A stretch of DNA of 64,000 nucleotides from Hormiphora californensis. Its lineage: Eukaryota > Animalia > Ctenophora. Location of the stretch: contig CM035361.1 of NCBI GenBank assembly GCA_020137815.1, positions 3,782,001 to 3,846,000 on the forward strand. The letters run 5' to 3'. Position numbers and translations under genes: made by a program. The notes beneath the pieces are model-generated. The model saw only the letters and a list, made by a program, of their open reading frames with translations, made no database searches and was not told the origin of the DNA. Of the stretch, positions 61,605 through 64,000 are shown piece after piece. Every line of letters starts with the position of its first letter. The stretch's first letter is position 1.

Positions 61605-63246
61605 GTGTTAGAAACTGAACATGTTATTTGGCAGTCAGTGGGATCGGAAGTGGGCGGCAACAAAGGAATGTTATTTGAGCTGTACATTATAGAACAATTC
61701 AATCCTGCAAGTGCACATCGGACGTCCATTGGATTTCGAACAACAAAGTTTATCCGATAATGAAAGCTATGCAGTTATTATAAACCTTAGTTCAAAGTTA
61801 ATAAAGTATTTTGTTTTCCATAAAGTATTTTGTTTTCCATCCAATCTGTGTATTAGAAGCAGATAACATCAGCATTTCAAAAACATGTGGGATGTTTCAT
61901 TGAAAACACCCTGTACGTCAATTTTCATCTTCAACTTAGAACTTTTTACTGAACTATTTATTGAGGGTTTATACCAAAACATTTTGGGGTTCTGTAGTTT
62001 TGGTATAAACCCTCAATAAACCCTACATGTAGCACAAAAATAATCCATTTCTGTTTCCACTTTTTTACATCAATCCCTTCATTAATAGAACGGTTCTGAT
62101 CTCTTCCGGCATAGAAAATGAAACAGCCAAACACCTCCTCACGGTTCTGATCTCTTCCGATCCCCCACATGTAGCAAAATCAGCTGTGTCCCATTAGCTC
62201 TCTATCTCTCTTTCTATCTCTCTTTCTATCTCTCTCTCACTCTCTCCCTTTTATCTATAATACCTCCCTCCCCTTCTATCTCAACTGCTGGTTAAGTATC
62301 AGTTTGCTCTCCCTCCTCTCCTTGAGCTAAAGAATGGCTGTTATAGAATGGCTATAGAATAGCTATTATAGAATGGCTATAGAATAGCTATAGATTAGAG
62401 CACATAGAATCCTCTTCTTGACCTGTTCTGTACTGATCGTTGCCTTCTCCCATTGGCTGAAAAGCTGATGAACACATCACCTTTCTCTAGTATTCCATTG
62501 GCTGACACGTTATAGCAATGGTTTTTCTCTTATAATGCCCACGTACTGCTGCAGAACAACAAGCTGAATCTAGCTCTCCCCTGGCCCTGCCTGGATGATC
62601 TTTGTATCTGAGTTCCCTTCCTTTATAAAAACCCTAGCGCTTTAGATGATTCGGTATCTCTACCGCTTTAATCTAGTTGGATAAGGATACGTGTAGATCA
62701 AATGCAGCCTAATATTGTAGCCTAGTATAACACCAAACTAGCTTTGTCGCCGTCCCAGATTCCCAAATGATCGATCAGCTGTTTTAGTTCTCTGAAACTG
62801 TCTCGTGAGTAACACACATACATACGTATTGGGGGAAAACAGTCGTGCCCGAACCTCAGGATCAGGCTACGGCTATTTTCCACTGAGACCTGAGATCTTA
62901 CTGAAATTATTAGGATCGGACCCCGATTTACTGGAATCCCGGCCAGGCCATTTACTGGAATCCACTGTCCAGTTGTTGAGTAAGGGGTGAAATCTGTCCA
63001 GTAGAATTGTGCCATCCTGCGGCACAGTTTATAAAAGGGGGCCGTGACTACCAGACTAGTTGCATTTCCCGCCGTGAAACTGTTGTCCCTCCAGCATATA
63101 TAGCTTGACTGACTTTTATCCCAATATGTCGTTGGTGTGACGTGTATGTATATCACTGGTAGGTATATTGCTCCCTTTCTTATTCTTGGTCATCGTCATA
63201 GTTCTTAACTTAACACACTCTTTTATTAAGTGATATGTGTGTTAAC

Positions 63247-64000
63247 ATGATACGTATCCTTCTCCTTACAGCTGCATTGTGTGGAACAGTTGTTCTCACA
63301 GGTTCGTTACATTGCTTTGGTTGCCGGTTGGTTGGTTGGTATGAGCGGCTGGTGAATTGGGAGCCTTGTTAGAGGCTTTCCTGTTGACCATGAGAGGCTT
63401 CCCTGGTTTGGGATTTGCCGCCGCTGGGGGGGGGGGGGTTAGGTTGCGCACGTGAGTGACTTTCGGGGGGGGGGGGGGGGTGAACTTGCTTACCACCGAG
63501 AGGTCGATTTGCCCTGGGGCGTCTCGGTGGGTTTGAGGTGAGTTAGGGGTTGACCGGGGGCCCCTTTAGGAGAAGAAATGGGGTGGCCCCGGTTTGTAGC
63601 GTGCTTTGATCTAGCTATTCCAGCTTTTTGGTCTCTTTTATAAATTCCTTGAATATCTTTACTGATTTTCCCCAGTTATTTCGGACCGCAGTAATGTGAT
63701 CCTTGTAGCTGGTGCCTTCATTGCTTTGTAAATGCTTTAGTAAACAATTAAATTGTTACTGTTACTTTTCAGGCTGGACAGCTGTAGATTGGCGTGTATC
63801 GCAGAACAGGATGTCCTGGGATCTGGAGGGAACACCTCTCCAGATTATGACCAACAGCGATCAGGATGTCACTGCGGTGACGCTATATGCTGAATACAGC
63901 GAGTATATCAGTTATGTTGCTATTTTGTTGTCCTCACCCACCAAGTATTTAATACAGTTCTGCATGGACGACTACATAGTCCTGCCAGTGCAGCCCCCGG
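63247..64000 (+). CDS. Paralogue 2 of the same family, truncated by the window end
   Basis: Exon 63247-63301 (MIRILLLTAALCGTVVLT) and an exon from 63773 (GWTAVD..SWDLEGTPLQIMTNS..LPVQPP) with the same phase and motifs as paralogue 1. Confidence 0.8.

Overview
Repeat-rich animal genomic scaffold with spliceosomal introns, two 100-N gaps and unpolished, homopolymer-inflated sequence at about 1-2.7 kb, 23.2-25.1 kb and 39.2-41.2 kb. The gene families and repeat style suggest a ctenophore, which is inference from recall and was not checked. Host genes reconstructed by hand: a 5-exon DEG/ENaC channel (14954-19521), an intronless 7TM receptor (42141-43283), a ~2666-aa four-CH-domain protein with a 7.5-kb last exon (45875-54893), a convergent 1002-aa disordered protein (55341-58349) and two tandem paralogues of a small secreted or membrane-anchored protein (60746-end). 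The main find is an apparently intact 6704-bp DNA transposon (25183-31886) with perfect 16-bp TIRs, an 8-bp TSD and its empty site in the same window. It carries a 10-exon, ~1042-aa divergent hAT-like transposase with a C2H2-like finger and a polyQ tract. It is one of three different transposon insertions that distinguish two copies of a duplicated or allelic segment on either side of the first gap. A second recurring pattern is that intronic minisatellites and short 'echoes' are copies of the adjacent splice junctions.
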